A stretch of 64,000 bases of DNA from Camelus ferus (taxonomy: Eukaryota). Shown one piece after another: positions 49,131-62,037 of this stretch. Where the stretch lies: NCBI RefSeq assembly GCF_009834535.1, contig NC_045697.1, positions 109,556,001-109,620,000 on the forward strand. The letters are read 5' to 3'. The notes under the pieces were generated by a model. It was given only the letters and a program-made list of their open reading frames with translations, ran no database searches and had not been told where the DNA came from. How positions within the stretch are numbered: the stretch's first letter is position 1; each line of letters begins with the position of its first letter. The position numbers and the translations under genes were made by a program.

Positions 49131-52100
49131 CTGGAAAGTATGTATGAGAACAGTGGTTTTAATTTACAAACCACCTTTCACCTCTACCCTCTAATGTCAT
49201 CTTCGTAACAACCCTGTAAAAAGGTTAACACTTCCAAGACACTGACACTCAGAAACACTGAATAATGCACACGAGACCGCTGGCCCAGTAGGGGCGGGGC
49301 CCCCTTTCCTGTCGCTTTCTGTTCTCCTGCTCTTGGCAAATCCACCTACTTGTGCAACTCTTCACCCTTTGAGGGTATGAAGCTCTTTGAATAGAGTAGA
49401 TCGTTATTCAAGCTCCCACCCCAGTGACGTGCACGTGGCACATATGAGGTCAGCCGATAGAGAGAATGTGGGCTGTGGAACTGGGTACCTGGATGTCAGA
49501 TCCCGGCGGTACCTCTTACCAGCTTCTCTGACCTCTCTGAGCCTCAGGTTGCAAAATGGGCTTCATAATTCTTTCACGGGGTTGTGGCGAGACTTCCGCC
49601 TCGTGTGTACTACGTTCACGTTGTCCTTCTTGGAATTACTTGCACAATTTATCTCTTCCTCATAAGACTGTGAGTCTTTTTTTTTTTTCCATTGAAAAAT
49701 AGTTGATTTACAGTAATATATTAGTTTCAAATGTACTACAGAGTGACTGTATGTTTTTATAGATTATGCTTCTAAAGCTCTTAGAAGGTATTGGCCATTT
49801 TCCCTGTGCTGTCCATGACATCCTTGTATCTTACCTCCTTATTCCTAAGAGTGTAGCTCTTAAGTCCCTGCCCCCATTTTGCCCCGCCCCCACACCTCTC
49901 CCATCTGTTGTTTGTATCCGTGAATCTGTTTCTGTTTTGTTAAATTTGTTCATTTTGAACACTGTGAGCTTCTCGAGGGCGAGGACCATGACTTTGGACT
50001 GTTCACCCTAGCAAACGGGTGACCAAAGGACACACGGAGTAAATGTTGACAGGACACAAATAAGGGGGCACCCAATAGGTGCTTGACATCCAGTAGGCCC
50101 CTCCTCTCCTGCCGTGCTCCCCTCGCCAGCACAGAAGGCTTGTGCCCGGCTGGGGCAGTTTCAGAGGAAGTTCAGGCTCTCCGCAGCCATCACTTTCATT
50201 TCCTACATCTGAAATTTCTGTGAAGCACATTATGCAAGAGTGGAATTTTAATGCAGTCCTTCACTGGACGTCCTGCGGCCAGACAGCGCTGCCTCTGTCC
50301 CGGTTCCTGGCAGAGCAGGCGTTGGCACAGTTGGGCAAGGGTCTGAGTGTTTCTGTGGGTGCCAGGGATGGCATCCTCAGCAGGTCATCCCTCAGTCTTG
50401 GAAAAGAGAGCAGCATCCTTGCCATCCTTCCCGCCCCAAAGCCCAGCCCCGGGGCTCCCTCCTCCGAGAGTGATGAGAAGATTTACCCGGAGCCCTCCCC
50501 TGACAAAGGGGCAAAACCCTTCTGCCAACAATGCTGTCATTCAGTGGGTCCTTCTGCGTCTCCTTTCCCTGTCCTGGACTCTATGCGCTACTTCTGAGGG
50601 GATCCCCCTTCTTCCCAAACACTTTGCCTTCATTGTCCCAACTGAACCTGTGTGAGGCAACTCCCTCGGCTCCCATGTTGTACCTCCACCCCTGTCATCC
50701 CTGCTCTCACTGTCCGAGAGAAGCTAAGCTTGTCTAATTGGTAAGAAGGAGACAATATTCATCCTAAACTCCAAAGCCCAGTGGCATTTACATTCCCTGG
50801 TATACCTGCCTTTTCTCAAAGGGACTTACTGAGCCAAGTGGATGCCGACGCCACGATGTTCATAGAGAATTTCTGACCAGTTGCTCCACTCCAGGTCCCT
50901 TAAGGACTAATTCTTTCTTGGTCACACCTGTCTCTTTGACAGTGACACAGGGGGACGGCTGGGGACTTGCTGTCTGGTCTACACTGGACAAGGCCTTTCC
51001 TGGCCTGCTGAGTCTTCCGCACACAGAGGGCCGGAGACAAGGTAGGTTTGGGATCTGATTATTTGGGGGAGAATTGTTATCTGGTAACTTTCCTGGCAAT
51101 TGGCTTAAGGTTAGAGACAAATGCTTTTTAGGAAAGACTGAGGAGAAAAAATTTACCCAGATGTCCACACCCACTCACGTCGTTTAATTTCCTCTCTGAA
51201 TTTTCATCCTCTGCCAACACAGCTTTGAGCTTTGCAATTTCATATGTCTTAAGAGTTCCTCGGTCAACAGCTTGTCTTCTGACCAGGGCTCATGAGGTCA
51301 CAAAAGGCCAGGCACTGTTTGTGTTTTGCACGTGGCATTTTGCCTAATTTTCACAATTACTCTAGTAAGTTCGTTTTACAGAGATGGTCACTAGGTGAAG
51401 ACTGCACTTAGCACTGCCTCCCTGCTTTACTTTCAGGTCAGAAAAGTTTTTAAGTCACTCTGAAATAGTATATCTCACAACAAAAAAGAGTCAGAGCATC
51501 CTAATTTTTCAGAAGCCAGTCTTGACCGTCAGACAGATGGACAGTTGAGGGAGGATCAGACCTCATTGCACCCGTAGCAGGTTCACGGTCGACGAGGTGA
51601 CGTTCCTCCTGCTCCCTCGCTACCTGGAGATGCCATCACTAATCTTAGCAGGTTCTGTGGGGCTGGGGGCAATGGTCAGGATTTTCATGGTTTTATTATG
51701 ATCATGATCATGATTGCTCCTGGCTCATTACGGCTTTTCATTTATTTTCTGCATACATGCTGAAATATTGGTTCTTAAAAATACACTGTGTTGGCTCTAA
51801 AGGACTCACATGAGTCTCTGGCAAAGTCAGCTCCTGGACTGACTCAGGGCAGCTGCCAGCCGTGGCCCATGCACCACGGAGCACAGACCCAGCGCTGAAC
51901 CAACTGGTTCGGGAAATCAGGAAATAGAAGGGTGGCTGTGGGCCAAGCAAGCGACAGTGTGATATTCCTTTCTTCCAGGAGAAATGACAATTTGAGTAGA
52001 CTGGCCAACCTCCAGCAAACTAGAGCAAGAACTGAGTTCCCATAGTTTCAATGCCAGGACCTTTCTTAAAAATAATAGCTAACACTGAACATTTACCAGA

Positions 52101-53557
52101 TTCCTGGCACTGTCCTCTGGCTAAGAATTATCGTCCCCCTGTAACAGATGTGAAACTGAGTCTTGTGATCGGTGACAGAGTGGGCAGGTGGAAGAGGCAA
52201 GCTCTGAAACCAACTTGCTGTGACCACAAAGCTCTTGCCCTTACAAGCCATGCTCCGTTGTTCCCATAACACGGTGGAGGAGGGCGCCGAGGGGTTGTGC
52301 TGAGCCCTGGACACCGGCCGGTTCAGCTCTGGGTCTGTGCCCTGTGGTGCATGGGCCACGGTTGGCAGCTGCCCTGAGTCAGTTCAGAAGCTGACTTTGG
52401 CCGCGACTCATGTGAGTCTTTTTGAGCCAGCACAGCATATTTTTAAGAACTAATAGTTTAGATGTATGCAGAAAATAAGCGAAGAGCTGTAATGAGCCAG
52501 GAACAATCATGATCATGACCATAATACCACCAGCTAACGATGATTGATCTCTTTCTCTATGCCAAGTTTTCTGTTAAGCACTATATGTGCACAACCTCAC
52601 TTAAACAGGAAGGAAAATCAATTGGTATTTGAGAATGTTCCATACGAGCCATTATTCAATCATCATTTAACTTCCTTCTTGGACTTGAAATAGTAAATGA
52701 CATCATTTCAGGCCGGGTTTGTTTTGCTTAAGAGTCTCACATGAGGCAATCACCCTTGAATTGTGCAACGCATTGGGGCAACGTTTATATAAAGAAACTT
52801 TGCAACAATATAGGGGCACATGCATATACACTATAACAAATCTAGCCTTTTCTGTCCTTTGAGTGTTCAGGCACATTCTCATTCAATAATATTATTCTCA
52901 TCGATTAAGTCTAGCAAGATTGTGAAGCCTAGGAAGTTGTCTATGGAAACCTAGTGAAATGCATGGTTCAGGGGCTTGGAAATCAGACAGAAGGAGGCTT
53001 CAATCTTAACTGTGTCACCTGGCAGGCCTCGGACCCTTCTGAGCCTCTTTAAGTTTAAAATGCAGATAATGCCTGCCTCATAGACTTGCTAACGCATTAA
53101 ACAAACACACATTAAACAACACGCGGAGAGATTAACACAAGGTAAGGTCTCAACTGAAGTAATTACCTCCCACTCCTCCATCCCCGCTTTGGATTCTACT
53201 CACCCAATTTGACAGTGTTCACTGACTTCTCCTCCATTCTTCAAGCTCTATTCCGTGCCCCATTTTATAGTTCTTCATTTCCTGATTATCTTGAGTGATT
53301 CATTTATCTATTCAAAAGTTTTTACTGAACCGTACTACATACAAGTTACTGGGTAAACACTGAGAATACAATGGTGAGTTAAACACACCAGTTCTGTTTA
53401 TGGCCTGGTGAAAGAGGCAGGCATTAATCACACACTTGGGAGGACACAGCTACGAACTAAGCTAAATGCTATGAAGGAAAGGAAGGCATATCTAGGGTGA
53501 AAAGTAAGGGAAGTGAAGGTGAGTGGGGACCTGAAGGAGAAGTGAGTCTCTGCGGCA

Positions 53558-53672
53558 GGTGGTGGTGATGCTGCTGGTGGAGGTGGCGGTGGTGCTGGTG
53601 GAGGTGGTGGTGGTGCTGGCGATTCTGTAATGATGGAGGTGGTGGTGATGGTGGGGTTGATAGTGATGGTGG
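53558..53672. repeat. Imperfect (GGT)n trinucleotide repeat
   Basis: Direct inspection; explains the Pro/Thr-rich ORF 53428..53697. Confidence 0.85.
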
Positions 53673-53984
53673 AGGGGATGTTAATAGAGAATGGCATTCA
53701 CAGCAGAGGAAACAGCATATGCAAAGGATCTGTGGTGAGTGGAAACTCTGTGTCTGGAAACCTGAAAGTCTGATGTGGCTGGTGTGGCTGGCACAGGTGG
53801 TGATGGGGACAGGAGGCAGAGACAGGAAATTTAAGCACGAGCTGCACCACAGATCCTGCAGGAACTTGTAGTCTACGTTAAATATTTAGATCCTCATCCA
53901 AGAATGATTTGGAAGCCATAGAAGAATCTTAAGCTTGAGGTGGGATGAAATGATCAGTTCCATTGTTAAATGATCATTCTAGAT

Positions 53985-54295
53985 CCGTATTGTCCAATGG
54001 TTGCCACTAGCTACGTATGGATATTGAACACTTGAAGTGTTGCTGGTCTTTGCTGGGATGTGCTATCAATGTGGACTATACACTGGATTTCAAAGACAGC
54101 ATGAAAAAGGAATGTGAAATAGCTCATTAATTTTTTCATAGTCATTACATATGGGAATGATAATGTTTTAGGTTAAATAAAATAATTTTATTTTGTAATT
54201 AAGATCCGTTTTACCCGTTTCTTGCTTACCTGTTTAAATGTAGCTACCAGGGCATTTAAAATTACATAAGCAGCTTGCACTAGTGGCTCCGGTGA
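53985..54295. mobile_element. hAT-Charlie MITE (MER3/MER33-like)
   Basis: TGTCCAAT...GCCACTAGCTAC...TTTAAATGTAGCTAC...TTTAAATTACATA. Confidence 0.55.
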
Positions 54296-55618
54296 TATTT
54301 TCATGAGTCATGGCTGCCCTAGATGCAGGGTGAAGCAAGCGATACGGAGAAGGCAAAGCAGGTGAGACCACTGGGAGGCTGTTTTTGGAGTCGAGACAAC
54401 AGGTGAAGGTAGCTTGAACTAGGATGACGAAAGTAGGAGTAAAAAGAGTTGGATGGATTCGAGGTAAAATCAGCAGGACAAGTCTCCCAGCAGAGTCATC
54501 TGGGTGCATGGTGGTGCCAGGTGTTGAAATAAAGAATGCTGGGAGGGGGTCAGCCTCGGGAAGAGGTGTCATGAGCTCAAACTTGGACATGCTGAGTGGA
54601 CTGCTCTGAGACACCCACGTGGACACGTCTCAAGAAGGCAGCTGCCTCTCTAGGTCTGCAGCTTGTTGAGATGTCTGTGCAGGAGACTTCAACTGGAAAG
54701 GTGCTGGCACGCAGATGAGCACAGACGAGACTCCTCAGGAAGAAAGCAGCCAGTGAGGAGTGGCCTAGGATCTAGACCTGGGAAACAGCGAAGGGAAGGA
54801 TAAGTCTGAAAAGGAGAGTCAAAAAGGGAAACTAAGCATGTGGAGTCATGGAAGCAAAGGGAGAGGATGTTTTAAGAAGGAAGGAGTGTCACAATGAGAT
54901 CTGTTCTAACTGTTCTAGGCGACAGGAAGAGAGTCAGCGACATAGTGGTCGCTGATAACCTTTGCAAGCTGTTTGGAGTCACAGGGGTGGAAGCCTTATT
55001 GGAGGAGAGTGAAGACAGGGCAAGAGGAGAGGAAATAGAGACTGGACATGTGAAGCGCTCTTTCCAGAGCTGGTGTATGAAAGAAGAGAAAGAGAGACAC
55101 CTGAGGAAGATAGATGTCGTTGATTTTTGTTTGTTTGTTTGCTTTAAATAAATATGGAAGAGGCAGGAGCACTGGCAGGACACAGAAGGACACTGGCAGA
55201 CTGGAAGATGAGGCCACAACTGGTGCAGGCTGGAGGAAGCTGTGGACACAGCAGAGGAGGAAGAGCAGCAGTTAACATGGGGAGAAAGGAAGCACTTAGC
55301 ACATTTCTTTCTCTAGTGACTCAAATTTAATTTTGTCAATGTTGGCATTATTTTAATACCCCCACAAAATTTTGTCTGCAGAAGAGATAATTCAGAAGTT
55401 TGCCCTGGCTTTATGATTTACTATCTAAATTACTAAATTTGCCAAATTAAAAACCTTGTCATTCCTTCAGCTTTTAGGTTGGACTATATTTATTTATAAA
55501 TATACCGAATTTAAACACCATTTAAAAGGAACCTTAGCTTTTGTTTGATCCTACTGACAAACTCAGCTAATTAAATGTTAAAATAGTTTAAGTGACATTA
55601 CAGCACCATACGTAATTC

Positions 55619-55628
55619 GGGGATTCCC
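55619..55628 (+). promoter_or_regulatory. NF-kB consensus site GGGGATTCCC
   Basis: Matches kB consensus, about 190 nt upstream of the pseudogene's putative splice acceptor. Confidence 0.35.
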
Positions 55629-56545
55629 TCTTAGACAGTTGGCCAATGATACTGACCAGGAAGCTGGCAGTAGTCTCGTCTGTGACCCTGTTTAGTACGC
55701 ACTGAACCCTAGTTATGCTTTATAATATGACTGGGACCTGAAGAAGACAGTGGTCACACAGCTCATGTCCCTGGGTTTGTCATTATCATGAGCTCATTTT
55801 TTCCATCCACACAGAAGGTAGCATCTCCTACCCAGACTGCCACACCACATGGTTGGATTTAACAGTTATTTGAGTCTAGATATTTCAAAATATTTTCCAA
55901 GGAGCTCCAAGGAATTTGGAAGTGGATGAACTTTTGTGTTCTTTTCATATTCTTCCTGCCTGATGAGGACATAAAACCCTTACAGATATTACAACGATAC
56001 CAGTTGCTCACTCACGGTTGTGTCTGACTCTGTGATTGGAAAGAATACACTGTATGTCTTCATTCTTGTCTTTAAATGAGGTCGGCTATTGTGTGGCAAT
56101 GGTAGGAAGCTGGAGCAAGAAGCCACTGGTCAGAGTTCTCTCCTTGCAGTTCCAGCTGAATCTCCAATGTTTATACTCCATTCCTCTGGACCTAACTGAT
56201 GCTCTGAAGGGGCATGTCAGTTCCCCACCCAACAAGTAGTAGGTGACAGTACCTTCCATGCTCTCAGGGCTGGTGATACTTCACTGCAAAAAGGAGAGCA
56301 AAGCCCACGCCCTCATAACAGTTACATCCAGCCACATTCAGCAGGTGTATGTGAACTTGGAAGCTCCTTTTCTTTCGTCTAGAACAAGTCCTGCAACAGA
56401 TGAAAATTATTTGCCTTGTCCTTGACAGTCTCGTATATTTGGACCTAAATTATAGCAGCTTATCTCAATGTCATCTTCATAGCTCGGTCCTTTGCTTCTG
56501 GGATAGAGCATCAAAGAACTTGAAGAAAAATCTCCTTCCCTCTTT

Positions 56546-56731
56546 TTTTTTTCTTAACATTTTTTATTGATTTATAATCATTTTACAATGTTGTGTCAAA
56601 TTCCAGTGTAGAGCACAATTTTTCAATTATACATGAACATACATGTATTCATTGTGACATTCCTTTCTCTGTGAGCTACCATAAGATCTTGTATATATTT
56701 CCCTGTGCTACACAGTATAATCTTGTTTATC
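56546..56731 (-). mobile_element. Young L1 3' tail inserted in the TLR2 pseudogene
   Basis: Near-identical to copies at ~2000-2150 and 3667; TSD-like TTCCCTCTTT on both sides. Confidence 0.85.
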
Positions 56732-57524
56732 TCTTTCCCTCTTTCTTTTTTTCATTTCCCAAGTTTCAGACTCCTGAAATATTTACAAATTATCTAAATT
56801 ACTGTAAACTGATTATACTTCAATAAAAATATATATATAAAAAAATTAAAAAAACAAAATTTTTATGGAATTTCTATTCTGAATGAACTTAAGATTGATG
56901 CTTCTAAGCCTTGGTAAAATGTACCAAGAAGTTTGAAATCAAGGTAGAAGATCAGTCACTGGGGCTGACAGCTGAAGCAGTCAATTTTACTCTGAAAGAT
57001 TTGGTTGGTCTTTCTTTCTTTCTTTTTAAAGAATAAACATTTAGACCATTCTTGCTAGGAAGATCTTAATTTCTGGAATCATTATAGGATGACAAGTTTA
57101 GTCCTGGAATGAACTTTGTAAAATTTGGGTGGTGAATTGCTCTGAATATGCATGGTGTGCTATTGGCAAGGTGAAAAGTTGGAAAGTAGCATTCCAGAGG
57201 GATAAAGCATCTGAATATGATATTAGAAGATTTTATACTATATTTCTAGGTAGTTTGTACTTCCTGAGTTACTTAAGAAACAATTTTCTTTCCATCAAGA
57301 AATATCTTAGTCAAATCTCTTAGGGTTGCAAGCGAGAGAAATGAAAGTAAACTTATTAAGGTGAAAGGAGATGTTTTATATGTAAGGCAGGATGACCCGC
57401 CAAAGAAATTAGGTGCTTTCTCCTTCCTTCTCCCAAAGACTAGCAAGAGATGGCACCTCTGTTTTGGAGATCTGATATATCCATCCTTTGTACTTGGAGG
57501 GAAGATTTACCAAAGTCAGTTTTT

Positions 57525-58492
57525 TTTTAAGATAATTTATATGCAATAAAATTTATCAATTTAAAAAGTACAGTTTGATGAGCTTGACAGAGACAGTCAT
57601 GTAACTGCAGTCACAATCATGATACAGAACATTTCTATTGCCCTCGAAGTCCCCTGCATCCCCCTTTGTGGTCAGTCCATTCCCCCACCTGGCTCCCTGA
57701 TAGCTCTGCTTTCTGTCACAGTTTTGCTTTGTGTAGAATTTCACATGAATGGGTTCTATAATATTTATTGTCTGTGTCTGACTTCTTTCACTTAATATAA
57801 TTCCTTTCAGATCATCCATTCTTGCATATTTCAGTGGCTCTGCCTTCTTATGTTGAGTAGCTTTCTCTTGTACAGATACACAACAATCTATCTATTCACG
57901 AGTTGATAGATATTGGGGTTGTTTCTAGCTCTGAATAAAGTACATGCTTTTGTGTAGACTTATTTTTTTTCATTTCTTGTGGGTAAATACCCAGGATTGA
58001 GATTGCTGGGTCACTGAGTAAGTGCATATTTAATTTTACAGGAAATGATCAAATTTTCCCTAAGTGGGTATATCATTTTGCATTCCCACCAGCAACATAT
58101 GAGAGTTTCAGTTATTCAACATCTTTACCGATGCTTGGTATTGTCAATCTTTAATTTTAGCCATTCTAGTGAGCATGTAGTGGTATCTTAATGTGTTCCC
58201 CCCACCCCCGCAGTTTTATTGCAATATGATTGCCATGTACAATTGTATTAGTTTAAGGTGTATAACATAATTATTTGATATATGTATATATTGTGAGATA
58301 ATTATCACAATAAGTTTAACATCCATCATTTCACATAGTTACAACTTTGCTCTTTTGTTGAGAATTTTAAGATCTACTTTCTTAGCAACTTTCAAAAGTA
58401 TAATACACTATTATTAACTATAGTCACCATGCTGTATGTTACATTCCCAGAACTTATGTATCTTATAACTGGGAATTTGTATCTTTTGACCA
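57525..58492 (-). mobile_element. Two L1M 3' fragments inside the TLR2 pseudogene
   Basis: GGGTAAATACCCAGGATTGAGATTGCTGGGTCA, CATTCCCACCAGCAA, TATTAACTATAGTCACCATGCTGTA. Confidence 0.8.
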
Positions 58493-61400
58493 GATATGAA
58501 GAGGTCAATTTTATTCTGAAAGATTTTTGGCAATCTTTGAAGTTTTCAAAGTATTTAAATGTGAGAAACACTGCTCTTCACATGAGATCACAGGTAACAA
58601 GAAAATCTTAACACTCAGGCTCACAGCGAAAAAACTAATAGTAAAACAAATTGAAGTAATTAAACAGTAAGATTTGAAAAACAGTTATTGGATGTCGAAC
58701 TGGAAGACTGTACTTCAGGAAAATGGAAAATGGGGTGGCTGAGATTCCATGATCAGACCAGGCTCAACAGAAACTATAATAACAACAGAGCTTAGCTATG
58801 AGAATCTTCCATGATGACAGAACTTTACAGACATGCTTGTTTTATATTAACTAAAGATATTCACAGTTGAAAGTGCCAAAGTCTGCTTAATACCAACCAC
58901 ATCTTGGCATGCAATATTTCAAATCCACAGGATACCTGGATCTCAGTGAAAATTTGATGCTTGGAGACTAATTGAAACAGTCAGTTCGTAAGGATGTGTG
59001 AGGCTTCCTACAGAGTTTGAATTTAAGACAAAATAATCTATAAACTCTGGAGAATGTTACTTACTCTAGAAAAACCTAACATTGGTCTTGGTCAGTGTAC
59101 ACTTGGTTCTTACCAGTGGCCAGAAAAGGAAACATAATTGAAATTATCCAGTGCAAAATTACACAATTTAACACTCAGTGTTTCCCAGACTCTAGGCATA
59201 TTAGATGTTAGCAATAAAGTCTTTTATTTTGTCATATCCTAAAGAACTTAACATTTTCAAGTATCTGTTGAAGACCCTCCCAGATGCTTCCTTCTTTGGT
59301 AATAGGTAGGAAAATAAAACTTTCTCTAACAAACAACTTGATTTTTTTCCCCCCAAACTGAAGTCTTTGGAAGCCGGCAGCAACAGCTCCATTTGCTCCT
59401 GTGACTTCCTGTCTTTCACGCAGGGGCAGCGAGCACTGGCCCAGGTCCTGATCGACTGGCCAGAAAACTACCTGTGTGACTCTCCATCCCACGTGCGGGG
59501 CCGGCGGGTTCAGGACGCCCGGCTCTCGGTGGCTGAATGCCACAGGGCAGCCGTGGTGTCCGCCGCGTGCTGCGCCCTTTTCCTGTTGCTCCTGCTCACC
59601 GGGGTTCTGTGCCACCATTTCCACGGCGTGTGGTACATGAAGATGATGTGGGCCTGGCTCCAGGCCAAACGGAAGCCCAAGAAGGCTCCCCGCGGGGACC
59701 TCTGTTATGACGCCTTTGTGTCCTACAGTGAGCAGGATTCCTACTGGGTGGAGAACCTCATGGTCCAGGAGCTGGAGCACTTCAACCCGCCCTTCAAGTT
59801 GTGTCTTCACAAGCGGGACTTCATTCCTGGCAAATGGATTATTGACAATATCATCAGCTACATCAAAAAGAGCCACAAAACCATCTTTATGCTCTCGGAG
59901 AACTTTGAAGAGTGAGTGGTGCAAGTACGAGCTGGACTTCTCCCATTTCCGTCTCTTTGACGAGAGCGATGACGCCGCCATCCTCATCCTGCTGGAGCCC
60001 ATTGAGAGGAAGGCCATTGCCCAGCAGGGAGGGTTTGAGTTAAAGAATAATTCTAGTTGGTAAAAGAAAAATATCTACACAATGAAATACTCTCAGTTTT
60101 CAAAACTTGTCTCTATTTTGATTTAGAATTTTGCTATCATTATTTTGCATAAGCAGTAGCAAGTAGGATTCTTAAAAAATTACAGGTGTTACTGAAATCT
60201 GTTCAAAGCAGAAAAAATTTGCAGAATGAGTGTTTGTGTACAAAGATCTGTGTATTAGTGCAAGGATTATAGCAGATTTTCATTAAGTGGTTTTTGATGG
60301 ATGTATTATTATTTTCTTTAACTATTACAAAATATTGTATGTGAACAAGACACAGACTGTTTTTTGATAACTTCACTTTAGAATTTGTCAGTTTCCAAAA
60401 TATAGATACCATGAGCATTACATTTTTACCAAATACTTTTCCATATTTTGTTCATTTTCTAACTGAAAAAACAGTTTTGTAGGGAGTTAGAGGAGGTCTC
60501 AGATCACAATGAAAAGAAGCTGAGGAGTTTTGGAGTCTGACCTGGGATTTGTCACTTGGCTGCTGTGAGTCATGTGACTTGAGGCAAGTTCTTTAATCAC
60601 TTGACCTGAAGGTGTAATATCAGAACTATTTATTTCATGTGTTAGTGTGAGATTCAGGTGAAAAGATTTATGTGATAGAGCTTTGCAAACTTTAAGAACT
60701 GAACACATGTAAGAATGTTCCTGAATAAAATGTGCTAATAGCTTCCTGAGAATGTTTAGAAAAATCTTCACTGTATAAAGAGGACACTGGTAATAAGTTG
60801 TGGGTAAATAAATGATTTCCACCTAACTTTGCCAGAATATTCGAATTGACTTTGGGATTATGAAGCAATAAAATCAATCAATCTAGGCAGTTCATCTAGA
60901 AAAGCTAGACAGAGAAAGAACAGAGGTTTTGGGTTTCAAGGCAAAGAAATTGGAAAGAAGTTTTCTTAAGTACACAGTTGAGAAATCATGAGGAAAAGAG
61001 GTGGAGAAGTAAGAAGAAGAAAGTCTTTCAGACATCTGAAGGGCCTGGATGGTCAGGGATACAGACAAATCTCCACACAGTAACCAGTAATCTATATGGA
61101 AAATCAGACTCCACTCTCTCAAGTTCACATCACATCACGTTAAGCCTAGTGATTAAGTTTGTCAGAGTTTGGAACCTTTACTGAGCACTAGGCATGTAGA
61201 ATAGGGTAGATAGAAGGTTGGGGCAAGAAGCCAGGGTATCAGAAGGAACCCTGAACATAGGGTAGAATTCTGGTTTCACATCTCACTTCTGCCACTTGCA
61301 ATTTGCATGGCATTTCCTCCCGTGTAAAAGAGGAACAAGAATACTTCTTCAGCCTCCCACCTCAATTTGGGAAGATCAAATGTAATTGTGAATATAAAAT

Positions 61401-62027
61401 GTAGTTTATGAATATTAAGGCAGCTTAATTTTTAAAAGCTATTTGTTTCCCCTAGAAACATGCCTCACTAGTTTCTGGGGCCATGAAGAAAGCCAGTCTG
61501 ACTGGTTTTGAAATTACTTACTTTGAGAAGCAAGGATAGAAATGAGCAAGGTATGGACTAAGGTTCAAAATCTTGGATGTAGGCGGGAGCCCACATCTTC
61601 TCATGGTAAGAGCAGGGATCGGAGGTAGGTGCCAGAGGCGGTCATGCACCACCAGGAGACTGCCACAGGACTGAAAGTTTTAAAACATCTGGGCTGTCCT
61701 TAACTGCAACTCAGGCAAAATCTTGCTGTGTCAGTCTGGGAAGTGACTGGGGAGTTATATAACGCAGGAGAGCACAGGCTTGCGGGTGGAAGTGGACCCT
61801 GGACATACACTGGCCGGTGGGTTGTGCTGAAAAGGAGGAGGAGCACAGGTGGGTATCAGGCATAATTCGCGAGCTGGAATTTGGACTTCCGAGGATGGAG
61901 AAGAACGGAGACGTGTAAAAGCGGCATGTTTCAGGGCAATAAGAGGCTTTGAGTGCCTGAAGCTTGAAGAAAATACTGGCAGGGTAATAAGCCTTCTCTT
62001 TGGTTTCGAAATCTGCTTCTGTCCTTG

Positions 62028-62037
62028 GGGGAATCCC
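62028..62037 (+). promoter_or_regulatory. NF-kB consensus site GGGGAATCCC
   Basis: Matches GGGRNNYYCC just upstream of the CpG island. Confidence 0.55.

Larger units (their letters stand above)
53300..55130 (-). mobile_element. L2 LINE remnant interrupted by (GGT)n and a hAT MITE
   Basis: L2 3' end motif TTTACTGAACCGTACTA...; AGAGGAAACAGCATATGCAAAGG; TTGGACATGCTGAG. Confidence 0.6.
55815..60025 (+). pseudogene. TLR2: TLR2-like pseudogene (tandem duplicate upstream of TLR2)
   Basis: ORF 59367..59915 encodes TLR2 LRRCT-TM-TIR ([40 protein letters not shown]). A 2-nt deletion at ~59907 is followed by [18 protein letters not shown], and homology ends ~60025. Decayed LRR remnants with stops upstream: YSIPLDLTDALK ~56172, LDLNYSSLS ~56439, FYGISILNELKIDAS 56861, LLDVELEDCT ~58685, YLDLSENLMLGD* 58933, QWPEK ~59114, LKTLPDASFF ~59268. 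The 5' boundary is approximate. Confidence 0.92.

Noticed and set aside
53428..53697. Pro-rich ORF
   Set aside because: Translation of the (GGT)n repeat
59367..59915. Functional TLR2 gene call
   Set aside because: No intact signal peptide or LRRs, ORF opens at TTG, TIR is frameshifted and truncated
59232..60017. 261-aa minus-strand ORF
   Set aside because: Antisense shadow of the GC-rich TLR2-like tract; no recognisable protein, and it changes register across the pseudogene frameshift
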